Counted from the first letter of the stretch, positions 17,282 through 27,150 are shown. The stretch: DNA of 64,000 nt from Acidimicrobiales bacterium (GCA_044220495.1 JBGAQY010000002.1:88966-152965), one strand, 5' to 3'. The notes: generated by a model not told the origin, from the sequence alone. Translations and numbers: made by a program.

Positions 17282-18028
17282 CTAGTCAGCGTCGTTGAGC
17301 ACACTTTCGAGCCCAGTTGTCACACCTGGGGCAAGCGAGTCAAGAGACTTCGCCGCCAGCAGCGCGCCGGGCATGAACGACGACCGATCGAAGCTGTCAT
17401 GACGAAGCGTGAGCGTCTGTCCTGTGGCGCCAAAAATTACCTCTTCGTGCGCCAACAATCCCGGCAGGCGAACGGAGTGAATGTGAATGCCGTTTTGCTC
17501 AGCACCACGCGCGCCTTCAAGTGAAACGTGTTCGGTGGCGTCGGGGGCCCAGGGCTCTGTGCGGTGCTTCGAAATTTGCTCAGCCGTGAGTCGAGCGGTG
17601 CCCGACGGTGCGTCTTTCTTCTTCTCGTGATGAAGTTCGACGATCTCGACGGCGTCGAAGTATCGCGCGGCCATGCCGGCAAAGCGCATCAACAACACAG
17701 CACCGATCGAAAAATTCGGAACCAAAAAACAGCGCAAGTTCGCGACGCGAAACGCCGTATCGAATTGCTTGACTTCAGCGTCGGAGAAACCAGTGGTGCC
17801 AACAACAGCGTTGATGTTGTTGTCAGCCAACCAAAGCAGGTTGGCCGCAGCCGCTTCGTGATTGGTGACATCGATCACCAAGTCGATCGAACGACCCAAC
17901 AGTGACTCCAACGAATCAGCCGAACCTATCCTCGACACGAGCTCGAGCGACTCGTCAGACTGCACGGCGGCGCTGATGGCTGAGCCCATTCGTCCGTATG
18001 CACCTACAACTGCTACGCGCTTCATCAA
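17282..18028 (-). CDS. dapB: 4-hydroxy-tetrahydrodipicolinate reductase
   Basis: 248 aa. N-terminal Rossmann motif VAVVGAYGRMG, an internal ELHHEKKKDAPSGTA motif, and typical DapB length. Confidence 0.9.
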   Translation of the reverse strand: MMKRVAVVGAYGRMGSAISAAVQSDESLELVSRIGSADSLESLLGRSIDLVIDVTNHEAAAANLLWLADNNINAVVGTTGFSDAEVKQFDTAFRVANLRCFLVPNFSIGAVLLMRFAGMAARYFDAVEIVELHHEKKKDAPSGTARLTAEQISKHRTEPWAPDATEHVSLEGARGAEQNGIHIHSVRLPGLLAHEEVIFGATGQTLTLRHDSFDRSSFMPGALLAAKSLDSLAPGVTTGLESVLNDAD

Positions 18029-19272
18029 GCCACCTTTGCGGGTTTCAGATTGTCATCAACTGGACCAACAGCGACTACGACGGGTTCGACGTCGAACAAG
18101 TTCTGTGCCACCGATGCAACATCATCGAGCGTGACGCTATTGATGCGCGCCATTACTTCGTCAGTTGTCAAGACGTCACCGTGCAACAGCAGGCTGCGAC
18201 CAATGCGGCTCATGCGCGCGCCACTGTCTTCAAGATTGAGCGCAGTAGTCGTGCGCAAATGTTGTTTGGCACGATCGAGTTCGGCCTGAGTTATGCCTTT
18301 TGCTTTGATTGCTGCGAGCTCGGTCTGCACGACGTCGAGCACTTCGTTGGCTCGACGAGGCGCCGTGCCGACATAGACAACAAACTCGCCAACGTCGTGA
18401 TACGGGGTGTAAGACGAGTAGACGGTGTAGGCCAGGCCGCGCCGCTCACGAACTTCTTGAAACAACCGGCTCGACATGCCGCCACCCACAACAACATCGA
18501 GAAGCGACGTTGCATAACGCAGATTGCTATGCCGATCAGGGGCCGGCACCCCTACAACGAGGTGGGCTTGATCAGACGGTCGACGGTTAACCACTCGTGC
18601 TCCGCTCGCAACCGTCGGCGCCGTGCGCTGCGGTCGCGCACCGCCGTTGCGTTGTTGCCACCGGTCGCCAACGCGACGAACGATGTCGTCGTGATCGAGT
18701 GCGCCCGCAGCGGCAAACACCATGTTGTTAGAGCGATAGTGGTGATCGAAGAAACTGCGAATGCTTTCGCGATTCATCGCCGTAATGCGTTCTTCATCGC
18801 CAAGCACTTCACGACCCAGTGTGTGTCCTTTGAACATCGCTGCGCTCAAGTACTCGTGAGCGAGGTCAGCGGGCTCGTCGCCACGCATCAAGATCTCTTC
18901 GAGTACCACTTGTCGCTCACATTCGATCTCATCGACATCGAACGCCGGCGCACACATGATGTCGCACAAGATGTCGAGCGCGATTTCGCAGTCTTCCGCC
19001 AACACGCGCACATAGAACGCCGTGCACTCTTTGGTCGTGAAAGCGTTCATGTCTCCGCCAACACCATCAATGGCTTCGGCAATCTCGAGCGCACTACGAG
19101 AGTCGCTGCCTTTGAACAACAAGTGCTCCAAGAAATGCGACATGCCCCATTCAGCAGCTTGCTCGTCGCGCGAACCAGTGCCGACCCAGAAGCTGAGTGC
19201 AACAGAACGAACGTCGGCCATACGTTCGGTTACTACCTGAAGGCCGCTGTCGAGAGAAGTTGTGCGAATCAT
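18025..19272 (-). CDS. pepR: M16 family zinc peptidase (PepR-like)
   Basis: Inverted zincin motif HFLEHLLFKG. The start at ATG 19272 (MIRTTSLDSGLQVVTE) is preferred over the track start at 19323. Overlaps the dapB start. Confidence 0.9.
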   Translation of the reverse strand: MIRTTSLDSGLQVVTERMADVRSVALSFWVGTGSRDEQAAEWGMSHFLEHLLFKGSDSRSALEIAEAIDGVGGDMNAFTTKECTAFYVRVLAEDCEIALDILCDIMCAPAFDVDEIECERQVVLEEILMRGDEPADLAHEYLSAAMFKGHTLGREVLGDEERITAMNRESIRSFFDHHYRSNNMVFAAAGALDHDDIVRRVGDRWQQRNGGARPQRTAPTVASGARVVNRRPSDQAHLVVGVPAPDRHSNLRYATSLLDVVVGGGMSSRLFQEVRERRGLAYTVYSSYTPYHDVGEFVVYVGTAPRRANEVLDVVQTELAAIKAKGITQAELDRAKQHLRTTTALNLEDSGARMSRIGRSLLLHGDVLTTDEVMARINSVTLDDVASVAQNLFDVEPVVVAVGPVDDNLKPAKVA

Positions 19273-19371
19273 CCGGCCACAGAGGCTAGTGCGGCCGCTC
19301 TGGGCCCAAACGAAAGTTGGCACCCAAAGTTGCGCTATCGCGCGACCTTGGGTGCCAACTACGAGCCTTTG

Positions 19372-21768
19372 TTAACGGCGGTTGTTGCGGCGTGGGCCTC
19401 GGCGAGGACCACCCTCAGGACGACCGGCAGGACCAAGGTCGCCAAACTCACGTTGGGCTTCTTCTTCCCACGAGTCTTCAAACGAGACGACTTCGCCGTC
19501 GCCGTTTGCAGCCGGAGCGCTGGCCACCGGTGATTCGCCACCCGATTCACCCGAGGCACCAGATGTTCCTGTTGCGGAAGCCTCTTTGGCCGCAAAGCCC
19601 TCGCCCACCGGCGTGAGAACAACCTTGCCAGCGGGGTCGATCTCGTCGACACGCACTTCGATGGCTTGACCCACTTCGAGAACGTCTTCAACGCGATCGA
19701 TGCGCTTGCCACTGCCGAGTTTCGAGATGTGAACAAGGCCGTCACGACCCGGAAGGATGTTGACGAATGCACCGAACTTGGTGATGGTCACAACCTTGCC
19801 GCTGTAAACCTTGCCTTCTTCGGCAACTGGCGGGTTGAGAATCTGCTCGATGCGAGTGCGGGCCTCGGTAACAGCAGCACCGTCGGACGAACCAATGGTG
19901 ACCGTGCCTTGCTCGCCGTCGTCGTCAACCGAGATTTCAGCACCGGTGTCGGCCTGCAGTTGGTTGATGACCTTGCCCTTGGGTCCGATGATCTCGCCGA
20001 TGCGGTCGATCGGAATGTTGAAGCTGACAATCTTTGGCGCAGTGCCCTGCACGTCATCGCGTGGCTTGGCAATCGCTGCGTTCATTACTTCGAGGATCTT
20101 GAGACGAGCTTCTTTTGCTTGGTCGAGAGCGCTGGCAAGAACGTCGGCAGGAATGCCGTCGATCTTGGTGTCGAGCTGCAATGCAGTTACGACCTCGCTC
20201 GTACCGGCAACTTTGAAGTCCATATCGCCGAAGGCGTCTTCGTCGCCGAGGATGTCGGTAAGCGTTGTGTACTTGCCGTCGACATAAACAAGGCCCATGG
20301 CAATACCGGCAACGGCAGCCTTGAGCGGCACGCCAGCATCCATCAACGAAAGTGACGAACCACAAACCGAAGCCATGGAAGTCGAACCGTTCGAGCTCAT
20401 CACATCACTGACAACACGCAATGCGTAGGGGAACTCTTCGGGCAGCGGAACAACTGGGAACAACGCGCGCTCAGCCAACAAACCGTGACCAATTTCACGA
20501 CGCTTGGGACCGCGCATGAAACCGGGCTCACCCGTTGAGAACGGCGGGAAGTTGTAGTGATGCATGTAACGCTTGTTGGTGCCCGGCGTGATTGTGTCAA
20601 TCAACTGATCCATCTTCGGCATGCCCAAGGTTGAAACGTTGAACACTTGGGTTTCACCGCGAGTGAAAATCGCCGAACCATGTGCGGTCGGGATGACGCC
20701 GACTTCGGCCGTCAACTGACGGATGTCGCGCGGACCACGCCCATCGATGCGAGCACCTTCCTCAACGATGCGCTTGCGGACGATCTTCTTGGCAAGGCTT
20801 CGTGCGGCCGCTTTGATTTGCTTGCCATCTTCAGGGAAGCGTTCGGCCAACGAATCGGCGATGTGAGTCATTGCTGCGTCCATCGCTTCGTTGCGACGAG
20901 CCTTCTCAGTCGTCGTCACGGCGTCGGTCAACGCGTCGGTGCCGACTTCAGAAACAGCGGCAAAGATTTCGTCGGTGTAATCAACTTGCGGCTCGAACGC
21001 CATTGCTGGCTTCTTGCCGACTTCTTTCACCAACTGCATCTGTAGTTCGATCGCTTCGCGAATCCATTGCTTCGATGCTTCAAGACCTTCGGCGAGTGCG
21101 CCTTCGTCGAGCTTGGCTGCGCCCTCGGCGTAAAGACCAAACGACTTCTCAGTGCCACCGGCCTCAACCATCATGATTGCAATGTCGCCGTCGGGCAGAG
21201 CGCGACCGGCAACGACTAACTCGAATGTCGAGTTGTCGCCCTCGTCGAAAGTGGGGTGAGGAATCCACTGACCGTCGGTGCTGTAGGCAATGCGCACCGC
21301 ACCGATCGGACCTTGGAACGGAATGCTCGACAGCATCAACGCTGCTGACGCTGAGTTGATTGCCAACACATCGTGCGGGTTTGACTGGTCAGCACCGAGC
21401 ACGGTGACAACGATGTGGACCTCATTGCGGAAACCGTCGGGGAACGACGGACGCAGTGGACGGTCGATCAAACGAGCAGTCAAGACCGCCTCGTCTGATG
21501 CCTTACCTTCACGGCGGAAGAACGAGCCGGGAATGCGACCAGCGGCATATGTGCGCTCTTCGACGTCAACGGTCAGCGGGAAGAAGTCGATGCCTTCTTT
21601 TACTGACCTCGACGCGACGGCGGTGGCCAACACAACTGAATCGCCAATGCGACCAACGACAGCACCGTCGGCCAACTTGGCCAACTTGCCGGTTTCAAAC
21701 GAAAGGTTTCGGTCGGTCTTTGAAATTGGACCGGAAACACCAACGGTGCCCAGGGGGGACTGCGTCAT
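19372..21768 (-). CDS. pnp: Polyribonucleotide nucleotidyltransferase (PNPase)
   Basis: 798 aa with two RNase PH domains, then KH and S1 domains (GKVYSGKVVTITKFGAFVNILPGRDGLVHIS). There is a G/P/R-rich C-terminal tail. Confidence 0.97.
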   Translation of the reverse strand: MTQSPLGTVGVSGPISKTDRNLSFETGKLAKLADGAVVGRIGDSVVLATAVASRSVKEGIDFFPLTVDVEERTYAAGRIPGSFFRREGKASDEAVLTARLIDRPLRPSFPDGFRNEVHIVVTVLGADQSNPHDVLAINSASAALMLSSIPFQGPIGAVRIAYSTDGQWIPHPTFDEGDNSTFELVVAGRALPDGDIAIMMVEAGGTEKSFGLYAEGAAKLDEGALAEGLEASKQWIREAIELQMQLVKEVGKKPAMAFEPQVDYTDEIFAAVSEVGTDALTDAVTTTEKARRNEAMDAAMTHIADSLAERFPEDGKQIKAAARSLAKKIVRKRIVEEGARIDGRGPRDIRQLTAEVGVIPTAHGSAIFTRGETQVFNVSTLGMPKMDQLIDTITPGTNKRYMHHYNFPPFSTGEPGFMRGPKRREIGHGLLAERALFPVVPLPEEFPYALRVVSDVMSSNGSTSMASVCGSSLSLMDAGVPLKAAVAGIAMGLVYVDGKYTTLTDILGDEDAFGDMDFKVAGTSEVVTALQLDTKIDGIPADVLASALDQAKEARLKILEVMNAAIAKPRDDVQGTAPKIVSFNIPIDRIGEIIGPKGKVINQLQADTGAEISVDDDGEQGTVTIGSSDGAAVTEARTRIEQILNPPVAEEGKVYSGKVVTITKFGAFVNILPGRDGLVHISKLGSGKRIDRVEDVLEVGQAIEVRVDEIDPAGKVVLTPVGEGFAAKEASATGTSGASGESGGESPVASAPAANGDGEVVSFEDSWEEEAQREFGDLGPAGRPEGGPRRGPRRNNRR

Positions 21769-22056
21769 TCGACGCTCCTTTCACTCGCCCATGACAGGCG
21801 AAGTGCTTGAGGGGCAGCGAGTTGCAGTTTCCAGTTGACGGCCTCTGGTCTCTCGGGCGGATCAATTCTCCGACGTGACGACCAAGGAGCCCTCGACTGG
21901 CAGCTACTTCTCGTTGCTGCCCGAGTTTGTCTTGTTACTTGTGAGCTTGTGACTCGCTAATTGCTACTTGCCGCTTATTGCTACTTACTCGGTGTCCAGC
22001 TACTGGCTTGCTTTAGGAATGTCCGGCGGAACTTCGCAAAGTCGGCCGAACAGCAA

Positions 22057-22084
22057 ACAAGCCGCCCACGATGGGCAGCTTGTT
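22057..22084 (-). terminator. rpsO-distal hairpin (leaky terminator or processing hairpin ahead of the pnp leader)
   Basis: The plus strand reads aacaagccgccca-cga-tgggcagcttgtt, a 13-bp stem with one G-U position. It lies 13 nt downstream of the rpsO stop on the minus strand, followed by a U-containing but not U-rich tract. Confidence 0.45.
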
Positions 22085-22096
22085 CAACAGAACTGT

Positions 22097-22396
22097 TTAA
22101 CGACGCAGGCCGAGGCGAGCAATCAAACCTCGGTAACGCTCAACGTCGTTTTCGCGCACGTAAGTTAGAAGGCGACGGCGACGACCGATGAGACGCATGA
22201 GACCACGACGGGTGTGGTGATCTGCTTTATGCATCTTTAGATGATCGGTGAGGTGGTTGATGCGCTCGGTGAGCAGAGCGATTTGTACCTCAGACGACCC
22301 GGTGTCGGAGTCGTGCAGCTTGTACTCGCTGATTGTGGCGGACTTTTCTTGCATATCGGCAGAGAGGCTAGCAGGCAACGGAGACTTGCCGGGCAA
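22097..22396 (-). CDS. rpsO: 30S ribosomal protein S15
   Basis: [50 protein letters not shown]. The start is uncertain: TTG at 22396 or ATG at 22354. Confidence 0.95.
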   Translation of the reverse strand: MPGKSPLPASLSADMQEKSATISEYKLHDSDTGSSEVQIALLTERINHLTDHLKMHKADHHTRRGLMRLIGRRRRLLTYVRENDVERYRGLIARLGLRR

Positions 22397-22422
22397 GAGC
22401 GCTGTGCCGACCGTGGCTGCGT

Positions 22423-23346
22423 TTAGCTCGCCACCAGTCGGCGGACCTCATCGATGTCGGCATCCATCTGGACAATCAGATCATCCATCGAGTCGAAGCG
22501 CTCCTGGCCACGAATGCGGTGCTCAAAGCGCACTTGAGCGTGCTGGCCGTAGAGATCGCCGCTGAAATCCAACACATTGGCTTCGAGCAGTCGGGCGCCG
22601 GAGTCGTAGAACGTGGGCCGAGTGCCGACGGAGATCGCTGCTGTGCGGACCGTGCCATCAGGAAAAACATAGCTACCTGCATAAACGCCATTGTCGGGTA
22701 AAAGGATCTCGGGGGCCACGTTGACGTTCGCCGTCGGATAACCCATCTCTCGGCCACGACCGTCGCCCATCACCACCAATCCCCTAGCTTCGTGAGGCCG
22801 GCCCAAGAGGCGCTGAGCGCCAGCCACATCGCCATCGCCCACCAGCTTGCGCACTGCGGTGGATGAAACGGTGATCTCGCCCTCGGCGACGGGCGGAATC
22901 TCGATGACCTCAAAGCCGAGAGCGCTGCCCATCTCGGTCAACAACGCTGCGTTACCGGCCCTTGCCTTGCCGAAGTGGAAGTCGTGCCCGATCACCACCG
23001 AACGGGCATTGAGGCGCTCGATAAGAGTGCTGTTCACAAAGTCTTCGGCCCGTTCGGCCGCCCGGTCGATGTCAAAGGTGATGACAAGCGTGTAGTCGAC
23101 GCCCGTGGCCGCCAACAGTTCGAGCTTCTGGTCGAGATCGGTGAGCAGCTTGGGCGCCGACTCGGGGCGAACAATCGACGCCGGATGGCGGTCAAACGTA
23201 ACGATCGCCGAGGCGCAGCCCAGTGCGTCGGCGCGGTCTCGTACCTGTCGAATCAGAGCTTGATGACCAACGTGAACGCCGTCGAAGGCTCCAATGGTGA
23301 TGGCACAACCGCGCTCGGGTCGCCCTCCACTATCCAGAACCTTCAT
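22423..23346 (-). CDS. ribF: Bifunctional riboflavin kinase / FMN adenylyltransferase
   Basis: 307 aa. The N-terminus reads [17 protein letters not shown]. The C-terminal kinase domain contains GYPTANV. Confidence 0.92.
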   Translation of the reverse strand: MKVLDSGGRPERGCAITIGAFDGVHVGHQALIRQVRDRADALGCASAIVTFDRHPASIVRPESAPKLLTDLDQKLELLAATGVDYTLVITFDIDRAAERAEDFVNSTLIERLNARSVVIGHDFHFGKARAGNAALLTEMGSALGFEVIEIPPVAEGEITVSSTAVRKLVGDGDVAGAQRLLGRPHEARGLVVMGDGRGREMGYPTANVNVAPEILLPDNGVYAGSYVFPDGTVRTAAISVGTRPTFYDSGARLLEANVLDFSGDLYGQHAQVRFEHRIRGQERFDSMDDLIVQMDADIDEVRRLVAS

Positions 23347-23422
23347 CCAAGAACCTTCATCTCACGACCCTCACCAACCAGCGTCTGCCGACGCATCCAT
23401 CGTTCATGCTCTCGATACAAAG

Positions 23423-24316
23423 CTACTGAGCGGCAAGAACTACTTGCGCACGGAGCTGGCCCCGATCGCTTTGGTACAGCGCAAGCAAGTCGCCGCCCTC
23501 ATCGACAATCGCCCATCGCCCATCGCCGCTAGCGCCGAGTTGGTCGTGTGTGAGCTTGCGTCCGTATCGAATTGCCGTTTGCACCTCATCGCTCGCCACT
23601 ACGTGCGGGATATGCCCCACCATTGTTGCCGGCGTCAGCAAATGTGAACGCCAGTCTTTCTCGAGTATTTCGAGATCGGTTGCATCGTGTTCGGTGAACT
23701 GGCCAATCGCAGTGCGTCGCAAACGACGCAAGTGTGCTCCCCCGCCGAGCGCGGTGCCGACGTCGGCCGCAAGCGTGCGCACGTAAGTACCCGACGAGCA
23801 ATCGACCTCGATGCGAAACACATGCGGCTCATCGGTGCTCGAAACTTCCAATCGATATACGTGGACCTGGCGCGCCTTGCGTTCGATCTCGATGCCTTCG
23901 CGCGCCAGTTCGTGCAAGCGTTTGCCTCCGACTTTGATTGCGCTGACCATTGGCGGAATCTGTTCTATTGCTCCAACGAACTTCTGCGCGGCGTTGCGTA
24001 CGTCGTCGACAGTTGTTCCATCCATGTTCCACGACTCGGTCACTTCGCCTTCGTCGTCGAGTGTGTTTGTCGCAGTACCCAACACAACCTCGCCGACGTA
24101 TGACTTTTGCAACTCAGACACGAAGGTCATCAGTCGCGTTGCACGGCCGAGTCCGACCAACAAAACACCCGTCGCACCGGGATCAAGCGTGCCGGCGTGA
24201 CCGACGCGCTTTTGCCCGACAATGCGACGACACTTGCCGACAACGTCATGACTTGTCCACCCAGATGGTTTGTCGACGACCAGTAAGCCGTCAGTGTGGG
24301 AGTTAGTTCGCGCCAA
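23423..24316 (-). CDS. truB: tRNA pseudouridine(55) synthase
   Basis: GLLVVDKPSGWTSHDVV and VGHAGTLDPGATGVLLVGLG, which includes the catalytic Asp motif. Confidence 0.93.
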   Translation of the reverse strand: MARTNSHTDGLLVVDKPSGWTSHDVVGKCRRIVGQKRVGHAGTLDPGATGVLLVGLGRATRLMTFVSELQKSYVGEVVLGTATNTLDDEGEVTESWNMDGTTVDDVRNAAQKFVGAIEQIPPMVSAIKVGGKRLHELAREGIEIERKARQVHVYRLEVSSTDEPHVFRIEVDCSSGTYVRTLAADVGTALGGGAHLRRLRRTAIGQFTEHDATDLEILEKDWRSHLLTPATMVGHIPHVVASDEVQTAIRYGRKLTHDQLGASGDGRWAIVDEGGDLLALYQSDRGQLRAQVVLAAQ

Positions 24317-24317
24317 A

Positions 24318-24752
24318 TCAAATGTCTTTGTGGGTGACTGCGTCGATCTCTTCGAGGTCGGGTTGATCGACCGGCTCAGGAACGGTGCGCAACAGCGTCT
24401 CTATCTTTTGCCCTTCGAGCACGCCTGGGTCGGGAACGAAACGCAACAGCGGAGTGCGCTTCATTCGCACGCTCTTGCCAATCGCGCCTTGCATAGGAAC
24501 GCGAAGTTCGTCGAGAGCAATCACAACCTCGTCAAGCGTTGCCGCCGTACCCAGCGCGCTGAAGAACACCGTTGCGTGACGTAAGTCTGACTCTGTCTCA
24601 ACGCCAGTGACGGTCACGAGTTCGAGGCGCGGGTCTTCGTCGGCACTGCGCTCTAGTACTTCGGCAATGACTTCTCTAAGCGTCTCGTTGATGCGAGCGG
24701 TACGCGGGTAGCGCGACTGCGTAGCCCAGCGACGCGAGTTGTCTCTAGTCAT
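24318..24752 (-). CDS. rbfA: Ribosome-binding factor A
   Basis: RINETLREVIAEVLE...DPRLELVTVTGVETESDLRHATVFF. Sits next to truB, as expected. Confidence 0.9.
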   Translation of the reverse strand: MTRDNSRRWATQSRYPRTARINETLREVIAEVLERSADEDPRLELVTVTGVETESDLRHATVFFSALGTAATLDEVVIALDELRVPMQGAIGKSVRMKRTPLLRFVPDPGVLEGQKIETLLRTVPEPVDQPDLEEIDAVTHKDI

Positions 24753-24826
24753 GATGACCTCCCTGTCTTAACTGCTCCAGGGTAGCTAGCCCAGCGTCGG
24801 GTCTGATCAGGCCCCGTATTGGCTGG

Positions 24827-25684
24827 TCAAGAGACGGTTGAGGGCTCTTCGTGCAGTGGTGCGTTCTCGTCGACTTCAGGCACGACTTCACCGCGAGCGG
24901 CACGCTTGATCGCTCGCCAGAAACCCGCGCGCGACGCGTACTTCGTGTCGCGATCGAGAACGTTCTCACCCAACAAGCGTTGCGTTGTGATCAGCAACTG
25001 CACGTCGAGTTCCTTGGGAATGCGCGGTGCCATCTGCGCCAGTTCCATCAACTCTTCTTGGCTGGAGCGACCGGCCCACGACAAAGCGAACTGTTCGCCC
25101 GCTGCTTCTCCGTCGGCGGCCGTGTCAGCAAGTTCCATTTCAGGGGTCACTGGCGCAAGCGAGATGTACTGCTCCCAAAACTCTTTCTTCAACACGATGT
25201 GATCATCAGCTTCGCGAATCATGGTGCCTGACTGATTGCGTCCGTTGACCGCCTCGACGCCAATCACTGTCACTTGCACACCAAGGTCTTGCGCGCCTAG
25301 CAATCCGTCGAGCAGGTCGTCGTCGCCACCGAGCAGGTACATGCTGGCAACCGCGCGCTCGCGAGCGAGATTCAACATGTCGCGGTAGATCAGCGAGTCG
25401 ACACCCTTTTGTTGCCCACGACTCAGGCGGCCCAGTCTTACTTTCACGCCAGTGAGATCAGCAATGCGCAACTGCTCAAAAGTTGGCACGGCATCGGTCG
25501 ACGCGTCATACCAATAAGTACGCAATAGCGGAAGGTCGGCGTCGTCTTCAACCATGCTGGCAATTTCACTGAGCATGCCGGCGTAATCGCATTGCAGAAG
25601 GGCTCGGTTCTTGGTGCCGCAAACCAACTTGCCGGCCTCGGCAAGCAAGTGCCCAGCGTCGATCAAAATCGTGCAGCGGTCCAA
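24827..25684 (-). CDS. NYN/LabA-like (DUF88) domain protein with an uncharacterised C-terminal half
   Basis: The N-terminal half reads ILIDAGHLL...YWYDAS...VRLGRL...QKGVDSLIYRDML...YLLGGDDDLLDGLLGAQDLGVQVTVIG. This fits a PIN-like NYN fold with Asp clusters. The C-terminal roughly 110 aa have no recognisable family. Confidence 0.65.
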   Translation of the reverse strand: MDRCTILIDAGHLLAEAGKLVCGTKNRALLQCDYAGMLSEIASMVEDDADLPLLRTYWYDASTDAVPTFEQLRIADLTGVKVRLGRLSRGQQKGVDSLIYRDMLNLARERAVASMYLLGGDDDLLDGLLGAQDLGVQVTVIGVEAVNGRNQSGTMIREADDHIVLKKEFWEQYISLAPVTPEMELADTAADGEAAGEQFALSWAGRSSQEELMELAQMAPRIPKELDVQLLITTQRLLGENVLDRDTKYASRAGFWRAIKRAARGEVVPEVDENAPLHEEPSTVS

Positions 25685-25782
25685 GACAAAATCCCCCTAA
25701 ATCTGTTGGCGACACCGTAGTCGTTGGTCGCCCATTTGGCTCGGAGTATCCATCGACCAGCGAGGATTTATTCTTTAGAGCC

Positions 25783-26376
25783 TCATTGAACCGGGGAGAA
25801 ACGCTGCTCGCTTGCGCGACCGCCTAGACCTACTCGACGCTCGACTCGTCGAAACACTCTCCAACAGAGCGCAAGCCAAACCGCTCCGACGATCCATCCA
25901 CCCAGAACATCTGTCGGCCAATGAACACCGAGATACACCCTCGACACGCCAGCGCCCAGACTCACGAGCGCAACTGCAGCTGTGGCCGCCGGGACCGATC
26001 TAACGACGCGCCACCGCAACAACATGAGTGCCGTCAGTCCGTAAGCAACGACGGCCTTCATGGCGTGACCCGAGGGAAATGCAAACCCGCCCGCTTGCAC
26101 TAGGAAATCAGCAGAATCAGGACGTGCCCGCGCGAACAACAACTTCAAGCATGTGTTAACAACCTGCGCGCTCGATGCTGCCAGCAACAAGAAAGCGCCA
26201 TCTAGGAAACGACGTTTGGTCAACGCATAAACGATCAACGCTGCGATGACGACTGTAGTTACAAGTCCGCCCGCCAGATTGGTCAAAACTCGAAACCCCT
26301 CCGTCAGCCACGCAACGCGATGTGAGATCACCCACTGATGAATCTCCGAGTCGAAAGCCTGCACTGCTTCAATCAT
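25783..26376 (-). CDS. PAP2-family phosphatase (undecaprenyl-diphosphate / lipid phosphatase type)
   Basis: Acid-phosphatase motifs KLLFARARP, PSGHAM and SRVYLGVHWPTDVLGG, on a polytopic protein. Confidence 0.85.
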   Translation of the reverse strand: MIEAVQAFDSEIHQWVISHRVAWLTEGFRVLTNLAGGLVTTVVIAALIVYALTKRRFLDGAFLLLAASSAQVVNTCLKLLFARARPDSADFLVQAGGFAFPSGHAMKAVVAYGLTALMLLRWRVVRSVPAATAAVALVSLGAGVSRVYLGVHWPTDVLGGWIVGAVWLALCWRVFRRVERRVGLGGRASEQRFSPVQ

Positions 26377-27046
26377 GAGAGGTCGACCCTTGCACGTCTA
26401 GTAACGGCGAAACAGGAGTAGGGCGCTCGTGGTTCCGGTGCACGACATGTCGAAGCCCAATCAGCACAACCACGAAAAGCAGGAGTAAGAAACTTGCTCG
26501 TCCGAGCGCGTGTTCAACACGGTGATAGGTGTCGCCCAACAAGAAGCCGAGCATCACGAATCCGACGGCCCAACACGTACCACCAAGTACGTTCCAAAAA
26601 AGGAACTTCCGATAAGGAACGCGAGCCGTGCCGGCCGATGCTGGCACCAAGGCGCGCAAGATAGCCGTGAATCGCCCGAAGAAAACCGCAGGGGCACTCC
26701 TGCGATGTACGAAGGCTTCGGCTTGCCTCCAACGCTGTTCGCCAACCAGTTGGCCCAACCGCGTTGCCTTCAGGCGATGGCCGTATCGCGCGCCAACCTC
26801 ATAGCCAACAGAGTCACCGATGATTGCTCCGGCAATCGCCAACAACAAGACAACGGCGAGGTTGGCGTGATGCTGCGAAGCGAGTACTCCGCCAAAGATG
26901 ATCGCCGTTTCTCCTGGAATCACAAAGCCGGCAAACACTGAAGCTTCGAGCGCTGGCAGCGCAAACACTGCTGCATAAGCCAACTGGATAGGCACGACAC
27001 TGAGCGTGTGGTCGATGACGTTGCTGAGACTCATGAAGCAGATCAT
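26369..27046 (-). CDS. DedA family membrane protein
   Basis: Contains FAGFVIPGETAIIFGGVLA and GRFTAILRALVPASAG, both DedA/VTT signatures. Its 3' end overlaps the PAP2 start by 8 nt. Confidence 0.85.
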   Translation of the reverse strand: MICFMSLSNVIDHTLSVVPIQLAYAAVFALPALEASVFAGFVIPGETAIIFGGVLASQHHANLAVVLLLAIAGAIIGDSVGYEVGARYGHRLKATRLGQLVGEQRWRQAEAFVHRRSAPAVFFGRFTAILRALVPASAGTARVPYRKFLFWNVLGGTCWAVGFVMLGFLLGDTYHRVEHALGRASFLLLLFVVVLIGLRHVVHRNHERPTPVSPLLDVQGSTSHD

Positions 27047-27150
27047 CTCTGTCTTGAACTGAATGCCACCTGAAGCGCCACTGTGCCTTAAGCGTTGGTT
27101 CAGTGAGCAAAGTCGATGCTGTTGATAGTCCAGTCATCCGACTGGACTAG

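Noticed and set aside
17998-19533. 511-aa plus-strand ORF, the second-longest plus-strand ORF in the track
   Set aside because: It is the mirror image of the pepR (M16 peptidase, HFLEHLLFKG) gene and the pnp 3' end. Its R/A/H/V-rich product has no motifs. Long antisense ORFs are expected opposite real genes in GC-rich DNA.
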